DNA of 64,000 nucleotides from Chiloscyllium plagiosum. Taxonomy: Eukaryota. Every line of letters begins with the position of its first letter. Position 1 is the stretch's first letter. A model generated the notes under the pieces. It saw only the letters and a program-made list of their open reading frames with translations. It was not told the DNA's origin and searched no databases. The stretch lies in NCBI RefSeq assembly GCF_004010195.1, contig NC_057751.1:46979-110978 (forward strand). Direction: 5' to 3'. The translations under genes and the position numbers were made by a program. This document shows positions 24,818 to 38,588 of the stretch, piece after piece.

Positions 24818-27800
24818 TAGAGTCATTGAGATGTACAGCATGGAAACAGACCCTTCGGTCCAACCTGTCCATGCCGACCAGATATCCCAACCCAATCTAA
24901 TCCCACCTACCAGCACCCGGCCCATATCCCTCCAAACCCTTCCTATTCATATACCCATCCACGTGCCCCTTAAATGTTGCAATTGTACCAGCCTCCACCA
25001 CTTCCTCTGGCAGCTCATTCCATACATGTACCACCATCTGTGTGAAAAAGTTGCCCCTTAGGTCTCTTTTATATCTTCCCCCCCTCACCCTAAACCTATG
25101 CCCTCTAGTTCGGGACTCCCTGATCCCAGGGAAAAGACTTTGCCTATTTACCCTATTCATGCCCATCATAATTCTGTAAACCTCTATAAGGTTACCCCTC
25201 AGCCTGCGACGCTCCAGGGAAAACAGCCCCAGCCTGTTCAGCCTCTCCCTGTAGCTCAGATCCTCCAACCCTGGCAACATCCTTGTAAATCTTTTCTGAA
25301 CCCTTTCACAACATCTTTCCAATAGAAGGAGACCAGAATTGCACGCAATATTCCAACAGTGGCCTAACCAATATCCTGTCCAGCCGCAACATGACCTCCC
25401 AACTCCTGTACTCAATACTCTGACCAATAAAGGAAAGCATACCAAACCCCTTCTTCACTATCCTATCTACCTGCGACTCCACTTTCAAAGAGCTATGAAC
25501 CTGCACTCCAAGGTCTCTTTGTTCACCAACACTCCCTCGGACCTTACCATTAAGTGTATAAGTCCTGTTAAGACTTGCTTTCCCAAAATGCAGCAACTCG
25601 CATTTATCTGAATTACTCATACGTGAGGAATAACATAATGATCAGGGAGAAGGTAGGGCCGATCAGGGATAGCGTAGGGAACTTATGTGTGGAGTCAGAG
25701 CAGATAGGGGAAACCAATCTGCTTTGGTTTTCACCAAAGAAATTGTTGTAAATGAAAACTTAGAGGTGCTGGGATACAGTCTTGACCAGATCAAGAATGA
25801 TGAAGTTGATGTGCTAGAAACTTTGGAAAACATTAAGATTGATAAGTCCCCAAGGCCAGACCAGATTTATCCTAGGCAGCTCCGGGAAGCGAGAAAGGAG
25901 GTTGTTAAGCCGCTGGCAAGGATGTTTGCCTCCTCACTCTCCACAGGAGTCGTACCGGAGGACTGGAAGGAGGCAAATGTTGTTTCTCTTTTCAAGGAGG
26001 GTAATAGGGAAATCCCTGACAATTAAAGGCAAGTCAGTCTTACATCTGTGGTCAGGAAAGTCTTGGAAAGAATTCTGAGGGATAGAATTTAGCGTGATTA
26101 AAGGCAGTCAGCATGGCTTTGTGAGGGGTAGGTCATGCCTCACAAATCTTATTGAGTTCTTTGAGGAGGTGTCAAGACAGGTCGACGACGGTCGAACAGT
26201 GGATGTGGTGTATGTGGACTCCAGCAAGGCATTTGATAAGGTTCCCCGTGGTAGGCTCATTCAGAAAGTCAGGAAGTATGGGATACAGGGAGATTTGGCT
26301 ACCTGGATTCAGAATTGGCTGGCTGACATAAGGCAGAGAGTGGTTGTAGATGGAAAGTATTCTGCCTGGAGAAGGGTGTTGAGTGGGGTCACACAGGGCT
26401 CTGTTCTTGGGCCTCTGCTCTTTGTAGTTTTTATAAATGACGTGGATGAGGAGGTTGAGGGGTGGGTTAGTAAATTTGCAGATAACACTAAGGTTGAAAG
26501 TGTCGCCGATAGTATAGAGGGCTACTGCAGGCTGCAGTGCAACACAGACAGGATGCAAAGCTGGGCTGAGAAATGGCAGATGAAGTTCAACCTGGATAAA
26601 TGCGAAGTGATGCACTTTGGATGGTCGAACCCGAATGCTGAATATAGGATTAAAGACAGGATTCTTGACAGCGTGGAGGAACAGAGGGATCTGGGTGTGC
26701 AAGTACGTAGATTCCTCAAAGTTGCCACCCAAGTGGATAGGGTTGTTAAGAAAGCATATGGTGTTTTGGCTCTCATTAATAGGGGGGTCGAATTTAAGAA
26801 CCATGAGGTTTTGCTGCAGCTCTACAAGTCCCTGGTGAGACCACACTTGGAATATTATGTCCAATTCTGGTCACCCTACTGTAGGAAAGAGCCTTTGGAG
26901 AGGGTGCAAAGAAGGTTTACCAGGATGCTGCCTGGCTTGCCTTATGAAGAAAGGTTGAATAAGCTCGGACTTTCTCTCTGGAGAGAAGGAGGAAGAGAGG
27001 AGACCTGATTGAGGTGTACAAAATAATGAGAGGAATAGATAGAGCCAATAGCCAGAGACTTGTCCGCAGGGCAGGATTGACTGGTACGAGAAGTCATAGT
27101 TTGAAGATATCAGGAGGAAAATATAAGAGGTAGGTTCTTTACACAGAGTTGTGAATGCATGGAATGTGTTGCCAGCTGTGGTGGTGGAAGCAGAGTCATT
27201 AAGGACATTTAAGCAACTGCTGGACATGCACATGGATAGCAGTGAGTTGAGAGGTGTGTAGGTTAAGTTACTATATTTTACATTAGAACTAAATCTCAGC
27301 ACAACATCATGGGCCAAAGGGCCTGTTCTGTGCTGTACTTTTCTATGTTCTATGTTAAACTCCATCTGCCACTTCTCAGCCCATTGGCCCATCTAGTCCA
27401 GATCCTGTTGTAATCTGAGGTAATCCTCTTCGCTGTCCACTACACCTCCAATTTTGGGGTCACCTGCAAACTTACTAACTGTACCTCTTATGCTCGCATC
27501 CAAATCATTTATGTAAATAACAAAGTTGAGGAGCCAGCACCGATCCTTGTGGCCTTCCACTGGTCACAGGCCTCCAGTCTGAAAAATGATCCTCCACCAC
27601 CACCCTCTGTCTTCTACCTTTGAGTCTGTTCTGCATCCAGATGGCTAGTTCTCCATGTATTCCATGAGATCTAACTTTGCTAATCAGTCTCCCATGAGGA
27701 ACCTTGTCAAATGCCTTACTGAAGTCCATATAGATCATGTCCACCGCTCTGCCGTCATCAATCTTCTTTGTTACTTCTTCAAAAAACTCAATCAAGTTTG

Positions 27801-28110
27801 TGAGACATGATCTCCCACGCACAAAGCCATGTTGACTATCCCTAATCAGTCCTGCCTTTCCAAATACATGTACATCCTGTTCCTCAGGATTCTCTCCAAC
27901 AACTTGCCCATCACCGACATCAGGCTCACAGATCTATAGATCCCTGGCTTGTCCTTACCGCCCTTCTTAAACAGTGGCACCACGTTAGCTAACCTCCAGT
28001 CTTCTGGCACCTCACCTGTGACTATCGATGATACAAATATCTCAGCAAGAGGCCCAGCAATCACTTCTCTCGCTTCCACAGAGTTCTCGGGTATACCCAA
28101 TCAGGTCCAA
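24818..28110 (-). mobile_element. CR1 (HER1-like) LINE split by the plus-strand CR1
   Basis: RT fragments at 27846-28100, 27505-27822, 25306-25620 and 24897-25445. Confidence 0.88.
25617..27354 (+). mobile_element. 5'-truncated CR1 LINE nested inside another CR1
   Basis: 304-aa RT ORF at 26094-27008; (TTCTATG)n tail; host sequence resumes after it. Confidence 0.9.
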
Positions 28111-28289
28111 TGAGAAGAAACCAAGGCGCCTGGAGGAAACACACGCAGACACGGGGAGAACGTGCAAACTCTACACAGACAGTCGCCAGAGGCTGGAATC
28201 AAACCTGGGTCCCCAGCGCTGACCATTCAGCCACCGTGCCGTTCTGATTGTGTCCTTGCACCAACTCTTATTCTCACACTATGAAGTGA

Positions 28290-28840
28290 TCCACACTGCC
28301 CCCACCAAACACTCCCAGAAGAGGTACAGCACCTGGTTAGATAAAGATTAAATTTCCCCACACAGGGTCAGCACAGAGTTGGATACTACCTCTACTCTTC
28401 TTAATTGAAAGGAAAGCATCCTCTGCACTGTCCCTTCAAATACTCCCAGGACAGTTACAGCAAGGGATTTGATACAGAGTAAAACTTCTATACTGTTCCC
28501 ATCAAACAATCCCAGGACTGGGGGTGCATCGAGTTAAATATAGAGTAAAGCTTAGTCTACAACGTCCCCATCAAATAATCCCAGGTCAGACACAGCATGT
28601 AGTTAGTTATACTGTAACTATCACTCCATACTGTCTTTCAACACTCCCAGAACAGATATAGCACTCAGCCAGATACTGATGAAGCTCTCTTGACTCTTTT
28701 AAAGAAAAAGTAAATTTCCCTTGGCAGTATCCCCATCCAACACTCCCAAGGACAGGACAGAACACGGTTAGATAGAGTAAAGCTGCCATGACAGCTGCCT
28801 CCACACTGTTCTCATCAAATGCTTCCAGGATAGGTATAGC
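28290..28840. repeat. ~67-bp decayed tandem repeat (ACACTCCCAGGACAG...TTAGATACAGAGTAAAG...CCCATCAA)
   Basis: About 8 diverged units. Confidence 0.8.
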
Positions 28841-29594
28841 TTAATTTTTATTTGGTATTCATTTACAGAATGAGGGCATCATTGTCTAGGCCAGCATTTA
28901 ATGCCCTTCTCTAATTGCCCATAAGGTAGTTAAGAGTCAATCAGAACGCTGTGGGTCTGGAGTCACATGTAGGCCAAACCAGGAAAGGACGGCAAATTCT
29001 TCCCTAAAGGGAATTAGTGAACCAGATAGGTTTTTCCCACAACTGACAATGGTTTCAATGTCATCATTAGACTATTAAAAACAGATTTTTATTGACTTCA
29101 GATTCCAAGATCTGCCACAGTGGGATTCGAACCAGGGTCCCTAGAACATTACCTGGGTCTCTGGATTAACAGTCCAGTAACACCACCATGAGGTTATCAC
29201 CTCCCTTGCAGACTTAATACAGACTCAAACTCACTCTACTCCATTAAACTGACAGTAAAGATCTCTTGTATCCATCAAACACTCCCAATGCAGGGACAGC
29301 ATGGGGTTAGATGTGTGCAAATTTCTTTCTTCGTGTCTCTATTATTTTTCAATGGGCTTTGCACTGAATACAGTACTATGCTGTCTAATATTGATGATAT
29401 TGAAGTAAATTTGCTCACAGTCAATTTTACACACAGCAACTTGGCAACATCAAACTAATCTGTTTTCTTGACTTTAGCCCTAACGCAAGACACCCTGAAT
29501 CTCAGTCCACTATTGGCCACTGAATCTTTCACATCCATCTGAGTGGTCAGATGGCTACCTCAGTTGAACATCTACAAACACCTCCTCACTTCTC

Positions 29595-31950
29595 AGAAAA
29601 CAATACAGCACAGGAACAGGCCCTTCGGTCCACCAAGTCTGTGCCAATGCATGATGCCTTTCTCAATTAAAAACCTTTTGCCTTTATGCAGTCCATATCC
29701 CTTTATTCCCTGCCATTTCATGTATCTATCGAAATGCCTCTTCCACCTCCTCTGGAAGTATATTGCAGGCACTCACCATGCTCTGTGTAAAAACAAAACT
29801 TGCCTCTCACATCATTTTTTAAACACTTATCCTACTTTACCTTAGACTCAAGTCCTCAGTAATTATGAGAGTCCAACCATCTGCGTTATCCATAACTCAA
29901 ATAGTTTTGCAAATTTCTATCTGATCACCCCTCATCCTTCAATGTTCAAGTGAAAACAAACCAAGTCCCTCCTCATAGTGAACACCTTTAAACCAGGCAA
30001 CCTGATTTCTTCACCTTCTACAAAGCCTCCACATGCTTCTTGTATGGTGGTGACCAGAACTTTATGCAATATTCCAAAGTTCTACACAGGTGCAATATTA
30101 CTTGCCAATTTTTATATTCTATCCCCTGACCGATAAAGGCAAGCATGCTATAAGCCTTTTTGAACATCTTATCCACTTGTATAGTCACATCACGGAACTT
30201 TGGACATGTGCATCTGGGTCCCTCTGTATGTTGGTGCGATGAAGGATTCTGCCATTTGTTATATATTTCCCTCCTGCATTAGATATCCCAAAATGCATCA
30301 TGTCCCATTTGACCAGATTACACTCCATCTGCCCAAGTTTCCAGCCTATCTCCATCTTCTTCACTAGTCCCAGTCCACAGACTTTCAAATCAGGCCATCT
30401 GCATTCTCCTCCAAATCCTTTATGTATGTTTCAACAATACAGGTCCCAGCACTGATCACTGCGGAACATCATTGGTCACAAGATCGCCAGTCAGAGAAAT
30501 ACCCTTCTGTGACAAAACCAGTTCTCTATCCATCTAACCAGCTCACTGTGGATCCCATGTGATTTCATCTTTTGTATCACCCTGTCATAAAGGACCTTGT
30601 CAAAGGCCTTACTAAAGTTCAAATAAACAACATCTATCACCCTGCCCTTATCAATCATCTTTGTCACTTCCTCAAAAAACTCAATCAAGTTTGTGAGACA
30701 CAACCTTCCTCGCAAAAAGCCATGCTGCCTACTGCCACTAAGTACATGTCTTTCTAAATGTGAGTAAATCCTGTCACAAAGGATTACTCCAATAATTTCA
30801 CTACCACTGATACAAAGCCCACCAGTCTGTAATTTCCAAAACAAAGGAACATCATTGGCTATTCTGCAGTCCTCTGGGACCTCTCCTGTGACTGAAGAGG
30901 AAACAACCATTTCACAAATGGCTCCAGCAATTCCTCACCTGCATCTCTCAGCATTTTGGGATAGATTCCATCAGATCCTGGGGAATTAATGCTTTTTAAA
31001 ACAATGCCTCCATTTTTAATATTGACATGCCCCAAAATATAAATATATCCCTCCCGGGTCTCACCACCCACTATTTTCTTCTCCTTTGTGTATACTGATG
31101 AAAACACTTGTGGAGAACCTCACCTACTTCCTCCAACTCCTTGCATAAATTCCCTTGAGTGGACTTGCCCTTCCCCTAGTCACCCTCTTGCTCCTTATTT
31201 ATGTTCAAAACGCATTGGCAAACAGCATTAAGGAAAACCTCAAGGACATCTCATGACCCCTTTTCGCCCTTCTTGTTTGAGTTCTCTCCTGCTATCTTTG
31301 TATTCTTCAAGGACTCAAATTCTTCAAATTTCCCCATGTCCCTGTTTCATTTTATGGTAGTTAGCCTTGTCCCAGTTTACTATTTTCACCTGAAGACTAC
31401 TCTTAACCTCAGCCATAAGTAACTTAAAACTTATAAAATTATGGTCCCTGTTCACCAAGTGCTCCTCCACTGAAACTTCGATCACCTTGCCAGACTCGTT
31501 CCCCAATGCCAGGTACGGCCCCTTACCAAGTTGGCCAGATTACATATTGTTTCAAAGAACTGCCCCAACACACTTAAAAAACCTACCCCCATTCAGGCCC
31601 CAAGCTCTAAGCAAGTCCCAGTCAATGTCGTGAAAGTTAAAATCACCCACTACACTGACCATGATGTTTTCATATTTTTCCATAACCTGTTCACACACCT
31701 GTCCCTCTATCACCTGCTAGCTGTTACAAGGCCTGTAGTACAATCCCAAAGTGATTGCACCCGACCTATTCGGGAGCTCTACTCAAAACGCCTTGCTGAA
31801 TGAGCCCTCCAAAGTGTCCTTCCTCAGTAGCAGTGATATTCTCCCAAAGCAACTCCCCCACCTCTTCTACATTCTTCTCATATCTGAATTATTTAAGTCC
31901 CGGAAAGTAAAACTGCCAGTCTTGTCCCTGTCTCAACCAAAACAATATCA
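29595..31950 (-). mobile_element. Decayed CR1 LINE ORF2
   Basis: QHGFLRGRLCLTNLIEFFE, FSKAFDKV. Confidence 0.85.
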
Positions 31951-32436
31951 CCAGGTTTCAAGAATTGGACTTGAATCCATGACTTTACAACTCAAAGAGA
32001 GTGCTATTGGTTTCGCTGTAAAGCAGTTTGGAGTATCATGAAGTGATCCTGATGAAGATACCTCCTTCTCCCACCTAACAGGCATGTTGTCAGAGCTGCT
32101 TTCTTGCCACAGCAGACAGCCTACCAATTTGTACCATGACTCACTGCTGAATGCAAAGTTACTGAGGTTTTACGGTCAATGTCAGACTCTAACTGCCTGG
32201 AGGATCGAGCCATAATCAGACTGAATAGTGAAGCAAGCTAAAAGAGCTGGATGGCCTACTTCTGCTCCTGTTTTCTACTCTTCTTTGGAGATCACATGTG
32301 CCCGAGTGGGCACAGTGCCACAGATAGGAGGATGGGACATGGCCATCATTTACACAACCCATTGCTGCAATTCCCAGAGCAAGACAAAGATAACAGGGCT
32401 GCTGGAGGGAGGCAGGAAAGAGAAAGAACATCTTAC

Positions 32437-32539
32437 GGTGGCATGACCCAGCCCAGTGGGTGAGCGATCGGCCCCACGGTGCCTGGTGACAGCGGGTAGT
32501 ACGGAGACAGTTCGGAGGGGTATGGAACCCGAGAGAGTC
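32437..32539 (-). CDS. tcf7l1: Exon 6 ([34 protein letters not shown])
   Basis: Conserved YYPLSPG...HPLGW; TTGCAG acceptor, GTAAGA donor; 103 nt. Confidence 0.95.
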
Positions 32540-32626
32540 CTGCAACAATGGGAAGAAAAGAGGAAAGAGTCATGATGGTGGTCAGAATTGCAGATCAGCT
32601 GAGATGAGGTCAGTGTAACTGCTCAC

Positions 32627-32759
32627 CAGTCTTGGAGTTGAGTTCAGAGGACAGATGTGGGGTTGGGTTCCCGGGTGAGAAATGTTCATTGCTGTAGGTG
32701 ATGAGGGGAGTAAGAGGGTGCATGTGATGAGCATGCTGCACCAAAGGCAACCTGTTGGC
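32627..32759 (-). CDS. tcf7l1: Exon 5 ([44 protein letters not shown])
   Basis: Conserved [24 protein letters not shown] acceptor, GTGAGC donor; 133 nt. Confidence 0.96.
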
Positions 32760-33785
32760 CTACAGGAAATAAAAAAACACACAAAGCAGTCAGCACGTTT
32801 CCACAGGACTCCCCTATCCTCACGGTTCACTGATAAGACATTTATCTCCTCACATTCCAGAATCCCCTACACTTTTAGTAACCAGCCTGAAATAAATAAT
32901 ATTCCAAGAGTAAACAAGGCTGAAGGGTGAGAGTTTTTAAAGATGGGAGTGGACTTTGAGGTGGTTCAAGGGGGAGTGGTAGGAGAGCGACAGGAAGGTT
33001 CACCTGTTACTCCACACCTTGCACCGGTCTTTCTTTTGTAAATCTGTATGCAATGATTCAACAACAATCTATTGAGCTCAGTCTGAAATAGTCAACAAAA
33101 CCCTCGTGTTTACTGCATTTTCAAGAAGATGATTCCAGAATTCCTGCAGTCCACCTGTGAAGAAACTTTTCCTGACATCACCCCTCAATGGCCTGCCTCG
33201 AATTTAAAAATTTTTGTTTAATCTCATGTTCATAATTTTTCTGTTTTGCATCATGCCAAACATTTTTATTAAGTTCTCCTTTGAACGGCTATACTAAAGG
33301 GATCACAAAGCTAATCTGTTCCGCTTAACCTCACCAAAGGAACACTTCTAGCTACAGTACTTTGCTTATAAACCTGCAGTGCTCACTTTCCAAGGCTAAC
33401 ACAGCTTTCCTGAGATGTGCAGCCAGAAATTAAGAATTTCTCCACTTGGCAACTAACAAGAGCTCTGTATAATCAAACTTACTTCCTCCCCTTCATATTC
33501 CGACACACTCGAGATGAAGACCAACATTCGCCTCACATTTTGATGATTTCTGTACTTGGACCTCTAAACAATTAACATTGCCTCAGTTACAACCATTTTG
33601 ACTTTTTAAGAGTCATCTTTCTCAAGTCCAAACAGATAAATTCAAAATTTCTCTCCATTCAGTCCGCCTGCCATACTTTTACAGTGGCACTCCATTTCAC
33701 CGAGAAATAATAGACTGCACTACTCAAGATGGTTGGCCCTTGGCTCACTGCCCAGCTAACTCTCCGAACATTTGATGTTACTCAC

Positions 33786-33863
33786 AAGGTGGATGGGAGC
33801 TGGAGAGTCTTTGAGGCAGCTGGCAGTCTGGACGTCCAACAGGGGCCACTTCATCTGCAGATA
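33786..33863 (-). CDS. tcf7l1: Exon 4 (YLQMKWPLLDVQTASCLKDSPAPIHL)
   Basis: Conserved YLQMKWPLLDV; TTTCCAG acceptor, GTGAGT donor; 78 nt. Confidence 0.95.
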
Positions 33864-35094
33864 CTGGAAATATCAGAATGGAATGAGAATATAGCCGATA
33901 GATCAAAATTGATGTCAATCTTAACCAGACAGGAAATATTTCTCTCTCTCCCTGCATCACCATTTAACAATTCCAAACTAATCTCCACAGCCCTGCATAA
34001 ATCCTAAACTAAACCTATTTCCTGGTCTTCTCCCCAAAGCCCTGTATCAATTCCAGTTCAGATACTTGAGCTCAGAATACATCAGACTCTCCCAGCACAG
34101 TATTGAAAGGGTGCTATACTGTCAGAGATATCAATTTTCAGACAAGATTTTAAATAAAGACCTTCTCTTTCCTCTGTTTAAACATAAAAGGATTCCCCAC
34201 GAGCATCTGAAGTAGAGGAGAATTTCCCTCATGTCCTGAGATAAAATTAATTCTTCAATGAGCAATTACTAAATCAGATTAGCCAGTCATCAGCTTACGG
34301 CCGTTTGAGAAGTATGTGCTCCAGAATTTTCTCCTGAATTTCCCACATTACAGCAATTGTTACAGCTCAGATGTACTTGATGGTCATGAAACAATATGGG
34401 GTGCTCGGAGGTCATTTGAGATGCCTTATAAATGCATGTTTTTCCTTTTCTCCTCACTGAGTGACGACCCTGTATTACAGAGGGGAATCATTCGCCTCTC
34501 CATGTTAAAAAAAAAGAGACTTGCACTTTCATGACCAGTACACATCCCTACAACCAGTGATGTACCATTCAAGTGTGGTCACTGCGGTCACGTACAATTT
34601 GGATGAAGGATAAGTATTGACCAGGTGGAGTCTGTCAATTAGACTGGTCGCATTTCAACTCGGCAAGTCACCAGAACCAGAGAATATGACAATATTGAGG
34701 GAGGAAGGATGGAAATTGCACAGACACTGGCAATACTCTTCCAATTCTGCTCTCATGTAGGCATGAGGTCAGTGACATGGAGAACACCACTGTTACACCC
34801 TGACTCAAACAGGTGAGAGGATATAAACAACAGTTACAAGCCTGCTCACAAAACCTCACTGGTGAGAAAGCTTTGAGAAATGATCGTGTAGACAAATGTG
34901 AATGAATGAAGGAAATCCAGCAACTTTTTCAAGGAAACTCTCCTTTAAAATGCTTGGTTGAGTTTTTTGATGAAAGAAAATAGACCGCTCATGGGGGTAA
35001 TATGCTTGAAGTCAAAAATGCGAATTCCAAAGGCATAAGAGACACATGAGCCAAGTTGGAGTTCACGAAAGAAAAGGTACAGTATTAATACAGA

Positions 35095-36482
35095 AGCAGA
35101 GTCATACAGCATGGAAACAGCCTCTTCAGTCCAACTTGTCCACGCTGACCAAGTTTCCCAAAGTGAACACGTCCGACTTGCCTGCACTCAGCCCGTATCC
35201 CTCTAAACCTTTCCTAATCATGTACCTATTCATTATGACAAAGGTAAACCCTCTTGCTTAATTTAAACCAGCAACACAAAAGATTTATCCTGTGCAGTAA
35301 CCTGTGAAAATTTGAGAAGCCGAGAACTATTTAAAGTTAAAATTAACAACTTTATTTTCTTTTTTAAAAGTCTAACAGAGAATAATTAACTAACAACTAT
35401 TTACAATTCTTTCTCTAACTTATCTTTTACCTTCCTCTTCTACGATACTAGTCCGTTAAAACCCCCAATTAAGATTTACCAAAAGTTCAAATTTCAAAAC
35501 CAGACAGCAGTCGAATCTTCTCTTTATATCTTCCTCCGTCTTCTTTTCTTCTTCTTAGAGATTTCTCTTTCACAGTTCACTGCTTGATAAAGGTACCTTT
35601 AAGAGAGCTGTGTTTCTGGCAGTCTACATGTGTCGGTGGCTTGGCCGTTCTCTCTCGACTGTTCACATTTTCCTGGTCTTATAACCCCAAAGCATTGAAT
35701 TGTGTCATTGGCTTTTAATATTCTCCATATGCTAAATTCAAACTTGATTGGAGTTTGGTATTTTTGGGGGTATAATTTAAACTGTTTGGCCTAATTCGAA
35801 TTTGTTTTTGTCTCCAAGCAACCAGCTACACGAGCTGCCAGACCAAAAGGTTACATTGTACCTTGTTCAGAACACTTGGTGCTGTCAGGTATGTTCTGCT
35901 AGCTTTTAACTCTCTTGAAGGTACAGTACACTTCTACACCTTCATAACACTATCCAAATGTCTTTTGAATGTTGGAACCGTACATGCATCTAGCATTTCC
36001 TCCTGCAGTTCATTCCACATGTGATCCACCCTTTTTGTGAAAACATTGCCCCTCAAGTCCCTTTTAAAACTTTCTCCACTCAACTTAAAAATATGCCCCC
36101 TAGTTTTGAATTCACCCACCCTTGTGAAAAGATTATTTGCTATTCACTTTACCTTTGTCCCTCATGATTTTATAAATCTCAAAAAGGTCACCCCTCAACC
36201 TCCCTATAGCTGGATGACCACAACAGTATTCCAAAAGTGCCTCACCAACATCCTGTACAAACACAACATGACATCCCAACTCCTATCCTCGAAGGTTTGA
36301 GCAATGAAGGCAAGCATGCTAAATGACTTCTCAACCATCCTGTCTACCTATGAGGCAACTTTCAAAGAATTATGTCATGACCTCCTAGGACTCCCTCGGG
36401 CCCTACCATTGACTGAATAAGGTCTGCCCTTGTACATTTTACCAAAATGCAATGCCTCACAGTTATCCAAATTAAACTCCAA
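35095..36482 (-). mobile_element. CR1 3' fragment hosting the solo LTR
   Basis: KTRGHIFKL...WNEL motif and CR1 3' UTR. Confidence 0.75.
35230..35949 (-). mobile_element. Solo LTR of the same family, inserted into a CR1 3' end
   Basis: Starts TGTTATGAAG; shares CTGTACCTT, CCAATCAA.TTTGAATTT and GAGGGTTTACC blocks with 13328-14035; 4-bp duplication CTAT. Confidence 0.7.
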
Positions 36483-38265
36483 ATGTGGAGTTTTCACATT
36501 CTCCCCGTCTCTGCGTGGGTTGCCGGCAGGTGCTCCAGTTTCCTCCCACTGTACAAAGATGTGCAGGTTAGGTGAATTGGCCATGCTAAAGTGCCCATAG
36601 TGTTCGGGGATGTGTAGGCTCGGTGCATTGGTTAGGGGAAATGTAGAGTGGTAAGGGAATGGGTGGGATACTCTTTGGGGGGGGGGGGGGGGGGTCAGTG
36701 TGGACTTGTGGAGCCAACTGGCTTATGATTCTATGATGAACCTGTGACTTGATGAGTGCTGCCACCAATCCTCTTCCTAAGACATCTTTAATCAGCCTGT
36801 TCATATATACTGTGACACACCTCTGGGGCAAGGGGGACTTGAACCTGGACTCCCTCGCTCAGAGGTAGGGACAATACTATGGCACCTTTAGATCCTATAC
36901 CCATTTCCCATTTTTAATTGGGCATATTTGGTGCACGAGAGATAGGCTGTACAACCATTGCCTGCACATCGCACAAATAATTTAAAGGGAGAATCACTCA
37001 GCATAGTGGGTGGGAGCAAGATTGGGGAGGATCATTCAAAAAACAAAAGGTCACAGGGCATCTCCAAACTGCGATCCAACTTAATACTACTTAATTCTGC
37101 AATCCCAACGGCTGCGTTTATGGTCTGTTGCATGATTGGGTTGAACAGGAGGGGGAGGGGCAAGAAGCAACTCAGAACACAAACCACCAGAAGGTGGCAG
37201 CTCAGTTCCATACTCTGGGCTGGAAACAGAAAGGCGATTGTGATGCAGCCACTCACCACTACATACTTCAAATGTTTGTAATAAAAACAAACAGAGCAAC
37301 TCGTCACTGACTCAAACCAGTTTGCAACTACTGATGGTGGGCCAGGCAATGTCAGGCAGACCATCAGTTTAACAGGGGACAGAGTGTGAACTGTGTGAGT
37401 GTCAAAAAGCAACAGGATATGCAACGGCGTCACACAGAGTCTTGCATTTACTTTGGTATTCCAAGAAACACTCACTTAATGTAGTTAACTGCATTATAAA
37501 GGTGGCATAACTATGCTGTGCAGACAAGGAACCCAGAATTTAAACAATCATCCTGTAATCAACCTTCCCCAGATCCACTGCATAAAGGGAGACCCAAAAC
37601 CAGAGGCGCTTATAACTGGCTCCGCACACCTTGAACAATCAGAGTCACCCAATACAATCCATCATTCAATACCGAACCAAATGATAGCCAGAAATACAGA
37701 CACAAATGAACCTGAGGGTGTGATTGTCTTGACAGAGATCAAGGACAGGATCCACATATTGTTCAACACCTTCTCTGCCCACTCACCATCGTAATAAAAT
37801 ATTCCTGTAAACCGCCTGTTTATCACATCTCTCCAATCCTACACATTGCCAATCCCAACTGCTCAGCAGAAGCAAATGCAATGCTGGCCTTTACATCGAG
37901 AGGACTGGAGTACAAAGATGCAGAAGTTATGCCGCAGTTATACAAAACCCGGCTCAGACCCACTTAGTGTACGGTGAGCAAATCTGGGACCACACCTTAG
38001 GAAGGATCTACATGTATTGGTTTTTCAGGGAATACAGCATTGGTAATAAGAGTGATACCAGGACTTCAGGGATTAATTTGTGAGGAGAACATATACAACT
38101 TTGGCCTGTTTTCTCTCAAATTTACAAGGTTAAGAGGTAATCTGATTGCAGTTTTCAAGATATTAACAGGAAAAGACAGGATAGATAAGGATAAATTATT
38201 TCCACTGGTTCGGTAATTCTACAACTAGTCTGAGAACTAGGGTCAAAACATTCAGGAGACATATT

Positions 38266-38588
38266 ACAGATTACAGATTACATTACAGTGTGGAAACAGG
38301 CCCTTCGGCCCAACAAGTCCACACCGACCCGCCGAAGCGAACCCACCCATACCCCTACATTTACCCCTTACCGAACACTACGGGCAATTTAGTATGGCCA
38401 ATTCACCTGACCCTGCACATCTTTGGACTGTGGGAGGAAACCGGAGCACCCGGAGGAAATCCACGCAGACATGGGGAGAACGTGCAAACTCCACGCAGTC
38501 AGTCAGTCAGTCGCCTGAGGCGGGAATTGAACCCGGGTCTCTGGCGCTGTGAGGCAACAGTGCTAACCACTGTGCCACCATGCCGCCC
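38266..38588 (-). mobile_element. HE1/V-SINE-like SINE inside a CR1 fragment
   Basis: Complete tRNA-like head, V-domain and short tandem tail. Confidence 0.85.

Noticed and set aside
26094..27008. 304-aa reverse transcriptase ORF as a functional gene or retron-like system
   Set aside because: 5'-truncated CR1 with the catalytic FADD changed to FADN
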